DNA from: Myxococcales bacterium
GTDB lineage: Bacteria; Myxococcota_A; Polyangia; Polyangiales; DASUME01
DNA: 64,000 nt
Assembly (NCBI GenBank): GCA_047601445.1
Contig: JASGJH010000001.1
Coordinates: forward strand, 4,864,001-4,928,000
Reading direction: 5' to 3'
In this document: positions 27,850 through 37,707 of the stretch, piece after piece
Layout: the number at the start of each line of letters is the position of its first letter
How positions within the stretch are numbered: the first letter of the stretch is position 1
The notes under the pieces: generated by a model
Databases searched by the model: none
What the model saw: only the letters and a program-made list of their open reading frames with translations
Told to the model about the DNA's origin: nothing
Made by a program: the position numbers and the translations under genes

Positions 27850-30345
27850 TCACGACGACGCCCTCTCCAAGGTCGCACTGGCGTCGTTCGCTGCCAAGCA
27901 CACCATGAGCTCGTGGGCCGAGGGGCGCAGCTCGGGGCTGGTCTCGAGGCATTGCTCGATCAAGGACACCACGTCGGGCGCGAGCGAGGGGCACAGCGAG
28001 CCGAGAGGCCGCAACGGCGGAATCTCGCGCTGGGACATGCGGACCACCGCCACCGGCTCCGGATAGGGCGCGGTGCGGGTCAAGAGCTCGTAGGCCATCA
28101 CGCCGAAGCTGAAGATGTCGACCGCGGGGGTGGTGAAGCGCGCGCCGTCGGCCAGCTCGGGGGCCATGTAGCGTGGGGTTCCGATGAGCATGCCGGTCTG
28201 GGTGAGGCCCGAAGAAGACGTGCTGGTGAACGACGCCGTGCGCCCGGTTGGGCTGGTGGGACTGGTGTTGCTGGTATTGAGGCTGGTGCTGCCGCTAGTG
28301 CTCAGGCTGGTGCTGCCGCTCGCGGCCTTGACCAGCGCGTTCTCCACCTCGGCCACGGTGATCTCGGCGCTCTCGCGCTCGCGGGGCGGCGCGCTGCGTG
28401 GGGCCGGCATGCTGCTCTGGTTGCGGCGCGCAGGCTGACGGGTCTGGTCGAGATCGCTGAGCTCGATGGCGTGGGCCTCCGCCCTTAGTTTCTCCGCCAG
28501 GTCGAGCGCCCGCGAAGCGCTGCGCGGCGCACTGCTCGCGCTGACCTCGGCGGCGTCGGGTCCGCCCACGCTCGAGACCCCAAAGTCGGTGATCTTCGCG
28601 CACGGGTTCTGGGTGTCGGCGTCTCCCACGATCAACACGTTCGCAGGCTTGAGATCGCGGTGCACCACGCCCGAGGCGTGGATGGCGGTGAGTCCTTCCG
28701 AAACCTGGCGCAGGATGCTCATGGCCCACGGCACGTCGCCGTAGCGCTGGTCGTGCTCGCGCAGACTGGTGCCCGGCACGAGCTCCATGATCAGGTAAAG
28801 GAAGCCGGTGGGGGCCACATCGACGTCCACCAGGGCCACCACGTTGGGGTGCCGCAGGGTGCCCGCGATCTGGGCCTCGCGCGAGAAGCGTGCAAGCTCG
28901 GCCATGCCGTCCGGACGCGCCAGCACCTTGAGGGCCAGACGCATGCCATCCACCAAACGCTCCACCTCGTAGACGCGCCCCATGCCGCCCGAGCCGATGG
29001 CGCGGATGACGCGGTAGCGCTCGTCCACGAGGGTGCCCTCGCTGAGCTGCAGCGGCTCCGCCAGGGCGCCCGCGGCCAGTCGCGTGAGGGCCTGGGCCAG
29101 CTGCTCGGAGCGCGCCGCCATCTGGCGATAGAGCTCCTCGTTCAAGCGGGCCACCTCCTGGTGCTGCTGCTCCAGGAGCCCGATACGCTCGGCGAGCTGA
29201 TGGGCCAGGTCTTCGGCCTGGCGCACGTAGGACACGTGCTCGGCCCCGAGCACCACCGACTGCAGCGCCGCGATGAACATGATGCCCACGCAGCCGCCCT
29301 GGAGTCCGCCCAGGATCTCACCGAAGCCGAGCCACGAGATCATGTCGGGCGCGGAAAGGAGCCCGAGACCCGCCCAGGACAAGAACAGCGCCCCGGCCCG
29401 GTACGAGCGCTGAGTGCGCCACAAGCGAGCCGTGAGCCACATCTGGTACAGCACGTTGACCGCCAGCGACAACACGATCGGCGGGCCTGCGAAGCGCGTG
29501 AGCGAGAAGCGGCCGGCGCCCGCGAAGGTGACGGCGATCACGCCCACCAGCATCACGTCGATCCAGCGCGGCGGGCGATCCAGCTTGAACTGCGCGTGGG
29601 CGAACTGGACGCTGGCCCAGAGCGCGATGGGCAGCCCCAACGCCAAAATGAGCTGCTCGGCCTCTCCGAACAGCAGGAGCGCGCTGCCGTCGAACACCGA
29701 CGGATACGACGCGCCCGCGAAGGCCTCGAGGGCCAGCCAGCCGTAGGTCGCCTGGCGCCGATCGAGGAAGAACAACAGCGCGTAGAACAGGAACAACACG
29801 GAGATGGTGGCCTGCGCCAGCATCGCGGTGCCTTGGTTCCAGATCTGCACCGAGCGCGTCCAGGTGTCACCGCCGCGCGAGACGCTCAGGCGTGGCGACG
29901 TGTCGATCCACGCGCTGCGCATCCAGGTGTGCTCGATGCGCAAGGCCAGGTCGATGCCGCTGCCATGGTTCCACTCGGCGGGGATGCGGAAGCGCTGTCC
30001 GCCCACCGCGCGATAGGCGTGCTCGTTCTCCACGTCGAGCAGCGCCGCCTCGTGGCTGCCGTCCACGAACAACTGGGAGGCGCCGAGGAACAACGGGAAG
30101 GCCAGGACCAGCGCCTTGTCGCGCATCTCCGGCGGCAACTCCACGCGCGTGCGGAGCCAATAGACGCAGTCGTGTTCGGGCAATTCGTTGGCCAGATTGG
30201 CAGGCAACTCCACGGTTGCCGGCGCCAGGCCCGACGGAGGTGCAAAGCTCCAGCGCGAGACCGTAATGACGTCCTCGTTGGCGCTGCACCCTACGCAAAA
30301 CAGCCACAGGCAGCACAAGAGCGCCGGCAGCCACCCGAATCTCAT
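27850..30345 (-). CDS. Membrane sensor Ser/Thr protein kinase (extracellular beta domain, about 7 TM helices, Hanks kinase)
   Basis: IGSGGMGRVY, ALKVL, HRDLKPAN, DFG, GTPRYMAPE and DIFSFG; multiple TM helices; possible lipoprotein signal. Confidence 0.9.
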   Translation of the reverse strand: MRFGWLPALLCCLWLFCVGCSANEDVITVSRWSFAPPSGLAPATVELPANLANELPEHDCVYWLRTRVELPPEMRDKALVLAFPLFLGASQLFVDGSHEAALLDVENEHAYRAVGGQRFRIPAEWNHGSGIDLALRIEHTWMRSAWIDTSPRLSVSRGGDTWTRSVQIWNQGTAMLAQATISVLFLFYALLFFLDRRQATYGWLALEAFAGASYPSVFDGSALLLFGEAEQLILALGLPIALWASVQFAHAQFKLDRPPRWIDVMLVGVIAVTFAGAGRFSLTRFAGPPIVLSLAVNVLYQMWLTARLWRTQRSYRAGALFLSWAGLGLLSAPDMISWLGFGEILGGLQGGCVGIMFIAALQSVVLGAEHVSYVRQAEDLAHQLAERIGLLEQQHQEVARLNEELYRQMAARSEQLAQALTRLAAGALAEPLQLSEGTLVDERYRVIRAIGSGGMGRVYEVERLVDGMRLALKVLARPDGMAELARFSREAQIAGTLRHPNVVALVDVDVAPTGFLYLIMELVPGTSLREHDQRYGDVPWAMSILRQVSEGLTAIHASGVVHRDLKPANVLIVGDADTQNPCAKITDFGVSSVGGPDAAEVSASSAPRSASRALDLAEKLRAEAHAIELSDLDQTRQPARRNQSSMPAPRSAPPRERESAEITVAEVENALVKAASGSTSLSTSGSTSLNTSNTSPTSPTGRTASFTSTSSSGLTQTGMLIGTPRYMAPELADGARFTTPAVDIFSFGVMAYELLTRTAPYPEPVAVVRMSQREIPPLRPLGSLCPSLAPDVVSLIEQCLETSPELRPSAHELMVCLAANDASATLERASS

Positions 30346-30590
30346 CTAGCTTGATTTTCCAGCGGGAACCTCACCTTCCGCAAGCGACAATGCGCCCAAA
30401 CACGGGTCATCCGCGGCCTTCCCTGGGGCAAGGAACGGCATGGTCATACAGGTCATACAGAGCCCTTTCGAGTGGGCTCTCAGGCCAATGACAGATCACA
30501 TGAGGACAACCGGTTGACCGATCGGGTCGGGGCATAGACTTCGAGAGCAGGAGGGCAGTAGAAGCCGAAGTACTCCGAGGTGAGCCCCCC

Positions 30591-31652
30591 GTGTACATCT
30601 TCGAACAAACCCTCTCGATCCGCTTGGTTTGGCCCCTTCTACGCCTGGCCGGCAATGACCCCTGGCTGACCGACCAACTCAGCCAAATGGGCATCGGGCT
30701 TCGGGAACTCGGCGACCCCGAGATGCGGGCCCCCCACCGCTCCCTGGTCCGCGTGCTCGAACAGGCCGTGGTCCGCTACGGCGACGCGAGCGTCGGGCTG
30801 CGGGCTGGCCGGGACTATCAGGTGGGCGATCTCGACTCCCTCGAGCAGGTGGCCAACACCGCGCCCACCCTGCGGGACGCCATCCAGTGCCTCACCCGGT
30901 TCCAGCGGCTGATGCACAGCGCGCTGTCGATGGAGCTCGAGGAGCGGGGCGACGTGGCCATGTGGCGGGTCCGCATCCACGAGCAGCCCCAGGTCGCTGC
31001 CGCGAACGACTACGCGCTCTCTCTGGCGGCCACCTTTGCCCGCGCGCATACCGGGATCCCGGAGCCCATCCTCGAGGTGCACGTCGATCACGAGCGCACG
31101 CCCTACGCCGAGGAGTACAACCGCACCTTCGGCGGGAGCGCTCGCTTCTCCATGCCGCACAACGCCCTCGTGTTCCGCCGCGGATACCTGGATGCCCCCA
31201 TGCGCCACGCCAACCCCGCCCTGCACGCGGCCTGCGAGCTCGCCGCGCGCGATCAGCTCCTGCGCGTCGCGCAGCGCTCGGGCGTGAGCGGCAAGGTGCG
31301 CGAGCTGGTGACCTCCCAGCTGCGCTCCGGCGATACCCGCATGTCCACGGTGGCCGAGAGCCTCGCCATGAGCGTGGCCACGCTACGTCGGCGACTCGAC
31401 GAGGAGGGCACGAGTCACACGGACATCCTGGACGAGGTCCGACACGAGCTCGCCAAGACGTATCTGCGTGATCCACGCCTGGCCATCAGCGAGATCGCCT
31501 TCATGCTCGGCTTCGCCCACGTGGCGGCTTTCTACAAGGCGTTCCGACGCTGGACCGGCGGCAGCACGCCGGCGAACTTCCGCGGCCGCACGCTACAGAG
31601 CTTCAAGCTCAGCCCAAGCGATCGCGATAGCTCTCATACCCATAGCGCCTGA
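30591..31652 (+). CDS. AraC family regulator
   Basis: C-terminal VAESLAMSVATLRRRL...ISEIAFMLGF...AFYKAFRRWTG; overlaps nspC convergently by 44 bp. Confidence 0.9.
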   Translation: MYIFEQTLSIRLVWPLLRLAGNDPWLTDQLSQMGIGLRELGDPEMRAPHRSLVRVLEQAVVRYGDASVGLRAGRDYQVGDLDSLEQVANTAPTLRDAIQCLTRFQRLMHSALSMELEERGDVAMWRVRIHEQPQVAAANDYALSLAATFARAHTGIPEPILEVHVDHERTPYAEEYNRTFGGSARFSMPHNALVFRRGYLDAPMRHANPALHAACELAARDQLLRVAQRSGVSGKVRELVTSQLRSGDTRMSTVAESLAMSVATLRRRLDEEGTSHTDILDEVRHELAKTYLRDPRLAISEIAFMLGFAHVAAFYKAFRRWTGGSTPANFRGRTLQSFKLSPSDRDSSHTHSA

Positions 31653-32766
31653 CCAGCTCGTAGCGCCCATCCGGGTGACGCAGCACGAGGCTCGGCAGGC
31701 GCACGCCGTTGAACGTGGTGGTCTTCACCATGGTGTAGTGGCTCATGTCGAGCAGCACGATGCGATCGCCTTCGCCCAGCGGTCGATCGAACGAGTAGTC
31801 GCCGATGACGTCGCCAGCCAGGCAGGTCAGGCCACCGAGCCGATAGGTGTGGGCCTTTTCGCCGGGCAGGCCCGCGCCGACCACGTCGGGACGATAGGGC
31901 ATCTCGAGCGTATCGGGCATGTGCGCGGTGGCGCTGGTGTCGAGGATGGCGATGGGCATGCCGTTGTTGACCACGTCGAGCACGGTGGCCACCAACACGC
32001 CGGTGCGGATGGCGATGGCTTCACCTGGCTCGAGGTAGACCTCCACGCCGTAGCGAGCCTTGAACGAGCTCACCAGACGCACCAGGAGCTCCAGGTCGTA
32101 ACCCGGGCGCGTGATGTGATGACCACCGCCGAAATTCACCCACTTGAGGCCCGGGACGAACTTGCCGAACTTCTGCTCGAAGGCCATCAGGACGCGCTCG
32201 AGTGAGTCGGAGCCGAGCTCGCAGAGGGCATGGAAGTGCAGGCCCTCGAGCCCCTTGAGCGCCTCCGGGCGAAACTCCGCGCTGGTCACGCCCAGGCGCG
32301 AGTTCGGCGCGCAGGGATCGTAGAGCTCCACGGCCACCTCGCGCTGCTCCGGATTCACACGCAGGCCGCAGGAGGCACCCGCCGCGAGCGCGATGGGGCC
32401 GAGCTTCTGCCACTGTGAGACGGAGTTGAACACGATGTGATCGCTGAAGCGCAGCACCTCACGCAGGTCGGCCTCGCTGAAGGCCGGGGCGTAGCAGTGC
32501 ACCTCTCCGCCGAGCTCCCGGCGCGCCAGCTCTGCCTCGTGGGGCGAGCTGGCGGTGGCACCCGCCAGGTACTTCTTGATCAACGGGAAGGTGGGAAACG
32601 TGGCGAAGCCCTTGAGCGCGAGCAGGATCTTGCAGCCTGCGTCGCGCTGCACCTGGTCGAGGATCTTGAGGTTGTCTTCCAGGGCCGCCATGTCGATGAC
32701 CCAACTCGGCGAGTCGGGCACCTGGGCTGGATCGATGGCGAGCATGCCTTTGGAAGGGCGATTCAT
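31609..32766 (-). CDS. nspC: Carboxy(nor)spermidine decarboxylase
   Basis: PLP Lys in LLALKGF, LYDPCAPNSRLG, GLHFHALCE, GGGHHIT, HMPDTLEMPY, CLAGD and YTMVKTTTFNG. Confidence 0.93.
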   Translation of the reverse strand: MNRPSKGMLAIDPAQVPDSPSWVIDMAALEDNLKILDQVQRDAGCKILLALKGFATFPTFPLIKKYLAGATASSPHEAELARRELGGEVHCYAPAFSEADLREVLRFSDHIVFNSVSQWQKLGPIALAAGASCGLRVNPEQREVAVELYDPCAPNSRLGVTSAEFRPEALKGLEGLHFHALCELGSDSLERVLMAFEQKFGKFVPGLKWVNFGGGHHITRPGYDLELLVRLVSSFKARYGVEVYLEPGEAIAIRTGVLVATVLDVVNNGMPIAILDTSATAHMPDTLEMPYRPDVVGAGLPGEKAHTYRLGGLTCLAGDVIGDYSFDRPLGEGDRIVLLDMSHYTMVKTTTFNGVRLPSLVLRHPDGRYELVRRYGYESYRDRLG

Positions 32767-32795
32767 AGCCAATACTCCTCAACTAAAAACGTACG

Positions 32796-32885
32796 CGTGC
32801 CCGTGCCCGTACCCGTACACGATGCTCGTTCTCGGTCCGTTCACGATGCTGGGATCGTGTACGGGCACGGGCACGTTTACGGGGA
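32796..32885. repeat. REP-like palindromic intergenic element, copy 1
   Basis: Arms CGTGCCCGT(G/A)CCCGTACACGAT and ATCGTGTACGGGCACGGGCACG; 24-mer identical to 41833-41856. Confidence 0.75.
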
Positions 32886-32899
32886 CCTCTACCCATCCC

Positions 32900-34087
32900 T
32901 CAAAGTTCCTTCACGTGCCAGGGCAGACCGCTCTTGCCCAACAGCTCGAGGAACGGATCCGGATCCATCTGCTCCATGTGCACCACGCCGGCCTTCTTCC
33001 ACTTGCCGCTGATCATCATGGCGCCGCCCACCATGGCCGGTACGCCGGTGGTGTAGCTGACCGCCTGCGCGCGCACTTCCTTGTAGGTCTCGGCGTGATC
33101 GCAAACGTTGTAGATGATGACCTTCTTGGGCTTGCCGTCCTTGATGCCCTCGAAGATGCAGCCGATGCTGGTCTTGCCGGTGTAGTTCTCGGCCAGGCTC
33201 GCCGGATCGGGCAAGAGGCTCTTCAAGAACTCCATCGGGATGACCTCGGTGTCGCGATACTTCACCGGGTCGATGCGCAGCATGCCCACGTTGGCGAGCA
33301 CGCGCAGGTGCGTGAGGTACTCGTCGCCGAAGGTCATCCAGAAGCGGATCTTCTTGAGGCCCTTGACGTGCAGCACGAGGGACTCGAGCTCCTCGTGATA
33401 GATCAGGTAGGCCTTCTTCTCGCCGACGCCCGGAAAGTCGATCATCTGCGAGAACTCCATGGGCTTGGTCTCGACCCACTTGCCGTTCTCCCAGTAGCGC
33501 CCGTTGGCCGTGACCTCGCGCAGGTTGATCTCGGGGTTGAAGTTGGTGGCGAAGGCCTTGCCGTGGCTGCCTGCGTTGCAGTCCACGATGTCCACCGTGT
33601 GGATCTCGTCGAACAGGTGCTTCTGGGCGTAAGCACAGAATACGTTGGTAACGCCCGGGTCGAAGCCCGAACCGAGCAGCGCCATCAAGCCGGCCTTCTG
33701 GTAGCGCTCCTGATAGGCCCACTGCCACTTGTACTCGAACTTGGCCACGTCGCGCGGCTCGTAGTTCGCCGTGTCGAGGTAGGGCACGCCGGCCTCGAGG
33801 CACGCGTCCATCAAGGGCAGGTCCTGGTAGGGCAAGGCCACGTTGAGCAGCAGGTCGGGCTTGACCTTCTTCATCAAGGCAACGGTCTCGGCCACGTTGT
33901 CGGCGTCGACCTTCTCCACCTTGATCTCGCGGCCCTGGAGCTCCTTGACCTGGTCCCGGATCTTCTCCGCGCGCGACAGGGTGCGACTGGCGAGCACGAC
34001 CTCGCTGAACACATCCTTTTGCTGAGCGCACTTATGCGCCACAACACCGCCCACACCACCAGCACCAACGATGAGAACCCGACCCAT
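32900..34087 (-). CDS. Carboxy(nor)spermidine dehydrogenase (saccharopine dehydrogenase family)
   Basis: GAGGVG, ALPYQDL, YLDTANYEP, GFDPGVT, FATNFNPEINLRE and SYTTGVPA; directly upstream of nspC. Confidence 0.9.
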   Translation of the reverse strand: MGRVLIVGAGGVGGVVAHKCAQQKDVFSEVVLASRTLSRAEKIRDQVKELQGREIKVEKVDADNVAETVALMKKVKPDLLLNVALPYQDLPLMDACLEAGVPYLDTANYEPRDVAKFEYKWQWAYQERYQKAGLMALLGSGFDPGVTNVFCAYAQKHLFDEIHTVDIVDCNAGSHGKAFATNFNPEINLREVTANGRYWENGKWVETKPMEFSQMIDFPGVGEKKAYLIYHEELESLVLHVKGLKKIRFWMTFGDEYLTHLRVLANVGMLRIDPVKYRDTEVIPMEFLKSLLPDPASLAENYTGKTSIGCIFEGIKDGKPKKVIIYNVCDHAETYKEVRAQAVSYTTGVPAMVGGAMMISGKWKKAGVVHMEQMDPDPFLELLGKSGLPWHVKEL

Positions 34088-34521
34088 GACCATCCTCGCT
34101 TCTCGTGGGGCGCGCTCGCCCACCTGGTCTCGGCGGGGTGAATAGCCCCTGTGGGGGCCCCTGACAATAAGGGCCGTAAGGATTTGACCAGCTCGCCACT
34201 TTTCCCGAGCTAGCAAGGCTTTTTCGGGAGCCTGCGCGCGCCTCGATCCGGGCCTTGTACGGGTGATACGGGAGCCCCGCGCGCTCGGCGCCGGGGGCGG
34301 GCCCGCTGCTGCGCCAGGGCGCCGTCACTCGACCTCGGGTATCCGCTGCTCGCCCCTGCGCGACTCCCAGGTCCACGCGGCCGCGCGCGACAATCTCGGA
34401 TCGCGTCGGTGACGGCACGCGGTCCATGCGTGACATGTTGATCGCAGCGCGGGGCCCGCATTGACGGCTGGATCGCCGCTCGGATAGCAGTCTTCGCGCG
34501 CATCGAAGCGCGCGGGGGACA

Positions 34522-36588
34522 ATGAGCACGAACAAGGTTTCGCGACGCAAATTCCTACACTCGGCGGCCGGCACCGGAGGCGCAGCACTGCTCGGCGGCG
34601 TGGCGCTGGGCCAAGCCAAGCAGGCCTCGGCCGCCACGGGCACCATCCAGGACGTGAAGCACATCGTGATTCTCATGCAGGAGAATCGCAGCTTCGATCA
34701 CTACTTCGGCTGTCTGCGCGGCGTGCGCGGCTTCGCCGACAAGAGCACCATCTTGCTCTCCGGATCGTACTCGGTGTTCAACCAGCCCAACGGTTCGGGC
34801 CGGCAGTATCCGTTCCCGCTGCGCATGCCCAGCGGCAACCCCGATCCCGAAACCCTCGCGCAGTGCCAGGGCGACATTCCCCACGGCTGGTCCGACCAGC
34901 ACGCGGCCTGGAACCTCGGGAAGCTCGACAAGTGGATGGCCGCCAAGAACAAGATCGGCTGCCTCGGCTACCTCGACCGCACGGACTTGCCCTTTCACTA
35001 CGCGCTCGCCGACGCCTACACGATCTGCGACGCCTATCACTGTTCCGGTCTCACCGCGACCGGCCCCAACCGCACGTTCCTGTGGAGCGGGATGATCGAC
35101 GCCGCAGGGCAGTTCGGCAGCCCCGCCAACGACGGCGGCGACGAGTCGAACCTCACCTGGCAGACCTACGCCGAGGTGCTGCAGAACGCCGGCATCAGCT
35201 GGAAGGTCTACCAGGACGCTCAAAACAACTACGGCGACAACGGACTCGCCTACTTCAAGCAGTTCACGTCGGCCCCGGCCAACTCCCCGCTGCGACAGCG
35301 CGGCATGGGAGACGTGCCCGTGGTCACCGGCAACACGCCCAAGGACATCATCGCCGCGATCAAGAACGACGTGCTGAACCACACGCTACCCGAGGTGAGC
35401 TGGGTGGTCACCGACCAGATCACCTCCGAGCATCCCATCGGGCCCCCGGTCAACGGCGCGAATTTCGTGTACGACCTGATGCAGGCGCTCAACGCCGACT
35501 CGGCCACACTCGACTCCACCGTGGTCTTCGTGAACTACGACGAGAACGACGGCTTCTTCGACCACGTGCCGCCGCCCGTGCCCGCGGCAGGCACCACCGG
35601 TGAGTTCGTCGGCAGCACCCCGGTAGGCCTCGGCTTCCGCGTGCCCATGCTGGTGATCTCCCCGTGGAGCCGCGGCGGCTACGTGAGCTCCGAGGTGTTC
35701 GACCACACCTCCGTGATCCAGTTCATGGAAAGGTGGAGCGCCGCTACGGGCCGCCCCGCGAACTGCCAGTACATCAGCGCCTGGCGCCGCAAGGTCTGCG
35801 GCGACCTGACGTCCACCTTCGACTTCACGCAGCCGACCTACGGTCTGCCCAGCCTGCCGCAGCCGGGTCCGGTGATCTCGAGCGCCACGTGCTCGCCGCT
35901 ACCCAATCCCACGCCCACCACCAACGCGCAGCCCACCCAGGAGAGCGGGACGCGGCCGGCGCGCGCCCTGCCCTACCAGGCCAACGCCAGCGTCACGCAG
36001 TGGGACTTCCTCGCCAGCAACAAGATCCAACTCTGGATCACCATGAGCAACGAAGGCCCGCTGGCTACCAAGAGCGCCCACTACGCGGTGTACGCCAACG
36101 CCTTCCGCACCGGAGGTCCCTGGCAGTACACGGTGCCGGCGTACGACCCCGCGACCCAGACCAACGGCTCGACGCGTGACTTCTTCAACGTCGGCCAGGG
36201 CTACGGCAACGGCAAGTACGACCTCACGGTGGTGGGGCCCAACCGCTTCCTGCGCAGGCTCACGGGCGACGCCAAGGGCGCGGCCAAGAATCTCGAAGTG
36301 GTCTCGTCCTTCGGCGTCGCGGCGAACACGGGCAAGAACGCCATCTGGTTCGCCATGCAGAACGGCTCGGGAGGAGCGGCCACCTTCACCATTCGCTCCA
36401 ACGCCTATCGCTCGGACGGTCCCTGGACCTACAGCGTGGCGGCCGGCCAGACCGTGAGCGATTACTTCAACGCGGTGGCCTACAACAACGGCTGGTACGA
36501 CTTCACGGTCACGAACAACCTCGACAGCAGCTGGTCGCGGCGCTTCGTGGGGCACATCGAGACGGGCTTGGTCAGCGTCTCGGGTTGA
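34522..36588 (+). CDS. Tat-exported phosphocholine-specific phospholipase C (PlcN/PlcH family)
   Basis: Tat motif SRRKFL; MQENRSFDHYFG, TGPNR, YDENDGFFDHV, GLGFRVP and DHTS; C-terminal DUF756-like domains. Confidence 0.92.
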   Translation: MSTNKVSRRKFLHSAAGTGGAALLGGVALGQAKQASAATGTIQDVKHIVILMQENRSFDHYFGCLRGVRGFADKSTILLSGSYSVFNQPNGSGRQYPFPLRMPSGNPDPETLAQCQGDIPHGWSDQHAAWNLGKLDKWMAAKNKIGCLGYLDRTDLPFHYALADAYTICDAYHCSGLTATGPNRTFLWSGMIDAAGQFGSPANDGGDESNLTWQTYAEVLQNAGISWKVYQDAQNNYGDNGLAYFKQFTSAPANSPLRQRGMGDVPVVTGNTPKDIIAAIKNDVLNHTLPEVSWVVTDQITSEHPIGPPVNGANFVYDLMQALNADSATLDSTVVFVNYDENDGFFDHVPPPVPAAGTTGEFVGSTPVGLGFRVPMLVISPWSRGGYVSSEVFDHTSVIQFMERWSAATGRPANCQYISAWRRKVCGDLTSTFDFTQPTYGLPSLPQPGPVISSATCSPLPNPTPTTNAQPTQESGTRPARALPYQANASVTQWDFLASNKIQLWITMSNEGPLATKSAHYAVYANAFRTGGPWQYTVPAYDPATQTNGSTRDFFNVGQGYGNGKYDLTVVGPNRFLRRLTGDAKGAAKNLEVVSSFGVAANTGKNAIWFAMQNGSGGAATFTIRSNAYRSDGPWTYSVAAGQTVSDYFNAVAYNNGWYDFTVTNNLDSSWSRRFVGHIETGLVSVSG

Positions 36589-36840
36589 CCGGTCGTCAGC
36601 TCGGTGGTGGTCGTGGACTTTGACAGCGACGGTGTGCGTGGCCGCTCCTCAGGTTGACGATGAGCAACCGGAGACATGGGTAACGTTTTAGACCGGGCAC
36701 ATGGGTGACACTTTTCATCCCACGGAGGCGATGGGCTCGGGGCCTAGGGGAAACAGCTTGGCTGTTCGCAGATCCAGGACTCCTAAGTCGAAGTCAACGT
36801 GGCGGCCTTGCACGGCACGGGGCCTGAAAGGCCGACGCCC

Positions 36841-37585
36841 TCAGGCCAACAACACGCGGCCCAACACCGACACGAAGAAGTCGATGAAGCGCTCGCGCGG
36901 ACCGATTCTCGGATTGCCCGAGCAGTCCGGGGCGCGCGCGCGAGCTCAGGGCCAAGGTGGGCAGGGCCGTGATCACCGCCAGGGCCAGGACGCGCACGTC
37001 GACGTCGCTGCGCACCAGGCCGCGCTCGCGCAGGATGCCCACGGCCGCCTCGATGAGCATCATCACGTTGGAGCGCAGGGTCTCCTCCGCGTCGAGCACC
37101 TCCTCGGGCCCCTCGAGCAGCCGGAACAGCCAGAGCCGAATGAAGGACTGGTTCTCCTCCAGGTAGTCGTAGCCCCGCTCGATGAGTCCGCGGACCTCGG
37201 AGACCAACTCCTCGGCGTTCCGGGCCAGGGGCAGGCGGAGGAGCAAAGGTCCCAACGACTGTTGGAAGTGTTCGTAGCCGTCCTGGTAGACCTCGGTGAA
37301 CAGGGCGGCCTTATTGCCCACGTGGTACTTGAGGGTCGCGATGTCGATTCCGGCGGTCTCGGCGATCCGCCGGAGGGACGCCCCTTCGAACCCGTCCCGG
37401 GCGAAAACTTCGGTGGCAGCGGCCAGGACCCGTGCGCGCGTTTCTAGCCCATCTGAGCGAATTTTGCGCGGTTTTTCATACTTGCTCCCACCTTCGCCGA
37501 CTCCCTTCCGGGAGCCTATCGGGCGCGATGTAGGAGCAGTTTTGGTGTGGGGCTTCGCGGACTTGTCGCGCTTGGCAGACGCCAT
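36841..37585 (-). CDS. TetR family regulator with an apparent 1-nt frameshift near 36906
   Basis: HTH SLRRIAETAGIDIATLKYHVGNKAAL; removing one T in CGATTCTC gives the C-terminus QSEIGPRERFIDFFVSVLGRVLLA*. As sequenced, the ORF runs to 36794. Confidence 0.75.
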
Positions 37586-37662
37586 GGGAAGTACCAGGTG
37601 TACCATCCCTTAGGACCCCCCGCATGATTTGGAACTTGCCAAGCGGTTCCATTGTCGCACAT

Positions 37663-37684
37663 ACTTCCAACACGTGATGGAAGT
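37663..37684. promoter_or_regulatory. Near-perfect 22-bp palindrome, candidate TetR operator
   Basis: ACTTCCA-A-CACGTG-A-TGGAAGT between tetR and the divergent ferritin-like gene. Confidence 0.6.
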
Positions 37685-37707
37685 CGAGCGCGTGAGAATG
37701 AGCGCTG

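Noticed and set aside
30442..30460. GGTCATACA direct repeat between the kinase and AraC genes
   Set aside because: Only two 9-nt units and no second occurrence seen; too weak to call a binding site.
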